This document shows, piece after piece, positions 6,844-8,870 of a stretch of 8,870 bases of DNA (positions are counted from its first letter, which is position 1; each line of letters opens with the position of its first letter). The position numbers and the translations under genes are program-made. The stretch lies in assembly GCF_006345805.1 (NCBI RefSeq), contig NW_021828255.1, forward strand, positions 1 to 8,870. The letters run 5' to 3'. The notes under the pieces are model-generated. The model ran no database searches and was not told where the DNA came from. It saw only the letters and a list, made by a program, of their open reading frames with translations. This stretch comes from Octopus sinensis (lineage: Eukaryota).

Positions 6844-6875
<32 letters not shown>

Positions 6876-7040
6876 ACGGATGGCTATTTTCAGTTTCCGT
6901 CTAAGAGATCCACTCATAAGGATCTCGTGGGCCCGAGGCTATAGTAGAAGATACTTGCCCAAGATACCATGCAATGGGACTGAACTCGGAACCATGTGAT
7001 TTAGGAGCGAGCTTCTTACCACACAACCGCACCTGCGTCC
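6681..7040 (-). mobile_element. SINE family B, 3'-truncated, with expanded internal (CATA)n and a ~29-nt internal deletion
   Basis: Minus strand starts GGACGCAGGTGCGGTTGTGTGGTAAGAAG...GAGTTCAGTCCC and is collinear with 5085-5432. About 18 CATA units lie at about 6801-6872. Confidence 0.85.
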
Positions 7041-7050
7041 ATATATGTGT

Positions 7051-7069
7051 AGATAGATGGATAGATAGG

Positions 7070-7145
<76 letters not shown>

Positions 7146-7188
7146 TAGATAGATAGATAGATAGATAGATAGATGATAGATAGATAGA
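7051..7188 (+). repeat. (GACA)n/(GATA)n microsatellite
   Basis: Direct reading. Confidence 0.95.
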
Positions 7189-7977
7189 GGTACATATATA
7201 TGTATGTAGATATTGTATATGCATACTTTTACCTAACCCTATCTCATAAATCGTTTTACTATTTCTCGCTACATGGCATTCACCGAAACAGACCTAACAG
7301 GCGTCTTAGCGCCAAATCCTGCTACAGTTATTGATTAATAACTGAAAACAAAATGGCCGCCGACGGTTTAGCTTGACGTCTTTTTCCCATATGCCACTAT
7401 CGATTAAAAGGATTCGATTCTGTCATTAATGGTGCTGAATTAGTATTTTTTGTGGTCTTTGGCCGGAACTTGGACAGCTGTCTAAACTACTTTCCATGTA
7501 TGAGACTAAAAATACTTTTTGTTTGCGTTATATGGATCTAATTTTAGTAATATATCCGAAAACGGTGATGTTACTAGAAAGGATAAATATACTAAATATA
7601 CAATATACGTCAGCTGTATGTATTTATGGATTTGTTCTGGATATACCTCACTGTCAAAGTGATCTGGGTGTCTTACATTAGAATGTTTTGATCTTACATT
7701 CTTTACTGAATCAGAAAGTATCAGGCGTTATTTTTTTTCTTCCTTTTTGTTAGAAGTTTATTGTGTAAGAATTATGGCTTAAACTCGTTATAAGACTCTG
7801 CTATGTATATGTTACAACTATTAAGACAAGTCATACGACTGTTGTATAAGGATTAAAACGTTTGAAGCAACCGAGAAGGCTGAAAGCATGTAGTGTCTCA
7901 TTGTTTTTCACAAATGGATGCTATCGCACCTGGGTGAGAGACATGAAAAATCTTATATATATATTTTGGGGACAAAG

Positions 7978-8870
7978 GAGGCACGTTTTGAGAGTCCCAA
8001 CTTCATCCTGGCACATTTTGAGAGTCCCAACTCCATCTTAATATCACTGGAGAAAATCCGCACAGACTGGACTAGGCTGTCCAGTTCTGCCTCAGTTTTT
8101 GTGAATAGATTCAGTTCGGCCATGAATAGCGAGTGGTTCAGTTTACCCTTACCACTTCCCAGACCATACCCCAACTTTGTTTTCTGCAGTATTTCACTCA
8201 AGGGGATGATCCTCAGCACGAATATTAGTGGGGGGGACACCGTTCCCCTGAAAGATTCCTCTCTTGATTTTCACCTCTCCTAGTACTTGCTTCCCTGCTG
8301 TCCATCCCGTTCCCCAGTATTTCATGCTATTCCATATAAGGCTTCTCATAATCTCTGCTACTCTATACATTTCCATCGTTCGTATTATCCAGGAGTGTGA
8401 TGTCATATCGTATGCTTTGCGATAGTCAACCCATGCCGTGCTCAGGATGTATGTCTTCTCTTGCAGTTCCTGATAATTAGATTATCAATTAAGAGCTGAT
8501 CCCTCGTTCCCCGGCTCCTTTTTCAGCACCCTTTATGTTCAATATGTAGAAGCCCACTTTTCTCCAAATATCTGTACAGTTTACCGGCCAAAGCACCTAA
8601 CATTAATTTCCACATTAGCGGAAGGCATATTATTGGTCTAAAGTTGGATGCCACATTTCACTTTTCAGGATCCTTGGCACATAACAATGTCTTTCCTTTT
8701 GTCATCCAACTGGGTACTATACCTTCCTGCAAGCACTCATCTAGCTGTTGTGCTATCCCTTCATGGGGCCCTCTCAGCTTCTTCATTCAAAACCCTTGGA
8801 CCCCATCCGGGGGAATTTTATTGACTGCTTTTTTTATCATTTCTGAAGTTATCTTTGTTTCCTTCGACTT
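7978..8870 (-). mobile_element. Decayed non-LTR retrotransposon reverse transcriptase fragment, R4/Dong-like; continues beyond the window
   Basis: Manual minus-strand translation from 8870: ...PDGVQGF*MKKL...VPSWMTKGKTLLCAKDP...NFRPIICLPLMWKL...KGC*KRSRGTRDQLLID...[fs]AWVDYRKAYDMTSHSWI...KRGIFQG[fs]SPPLIFVL...NHSLFMAELNLFTKTEAEL...MELGLSKCA. These are collinear RT motifs of the R4/Dong type. In-frame stops occur at 8787-8789, 8658-8660 and 8523-8525, with frameshifts near 8445 and 8240. Confidence 0.9.
7980..8037. repeat. 30-nt-period tandem duplication at the LINE breakpoint
   Basis: GGCACGTTTTGAGAGTCCCAACTTCATC (7980-8007) versus GGCACATTTTGAGAGTCCCAACTCCATC (8010-8037): 26/28 identical. 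Confidence 0.9.

Noticed and set aside
7349-7361. YY1-like motif CAAAATGGCCGCC in a unique stretch
   Set aside because: A single short motif with no other promoter evidence, so it is not supportable on its own.
7918-8283. 121-aa + strand ORF
   Set aside because: Antisense shadow of the RT fragment.
7953-8406. The two minus-strand ORFs treated as separate genes
   Set aside because: They are consecutive frameshifted pieces of one dead RT.

Overview
This is eukaryotic, repeat-dense non-coding DNA (intronic or intergenic). The two tRNA-derived SINE families and the long (GATA)n/(TA)n/(CATA)n arrays resemble octopus/coleoid cephalopod DNA; that is recognition from memory, not a database check. 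No intact host gene is supported, and almost all ORF-track entries are microsatellite translations. The window contains: (1) a hammerhead-ribozyme-like core (CTGATGA / 10-bp stem II / GAAA) at about 425-504; (2) a very small Ty3/gypsy LTR element on the minus strand (4664-5683), with 113-115 bp LTRs, a tRNA-Ser(GCU) PBS, a PPT, a Gln-rich gag start and an integrase C-terminal tail, with a SINE at the point where the rest of gag-pol is missing; (3) four units of one tRNA-SINE family (called A here) and three of another (B), two pairs of them directly abutting in inverted orientation; (4) a ~55-bp fold-back element between (TA)n arrays; (5) a dead R4/Dong-like non-LTR reverse transcriptase fragment (minus strand, 7978 to the window end) that breaks off at a 30-nt tandem duplication.
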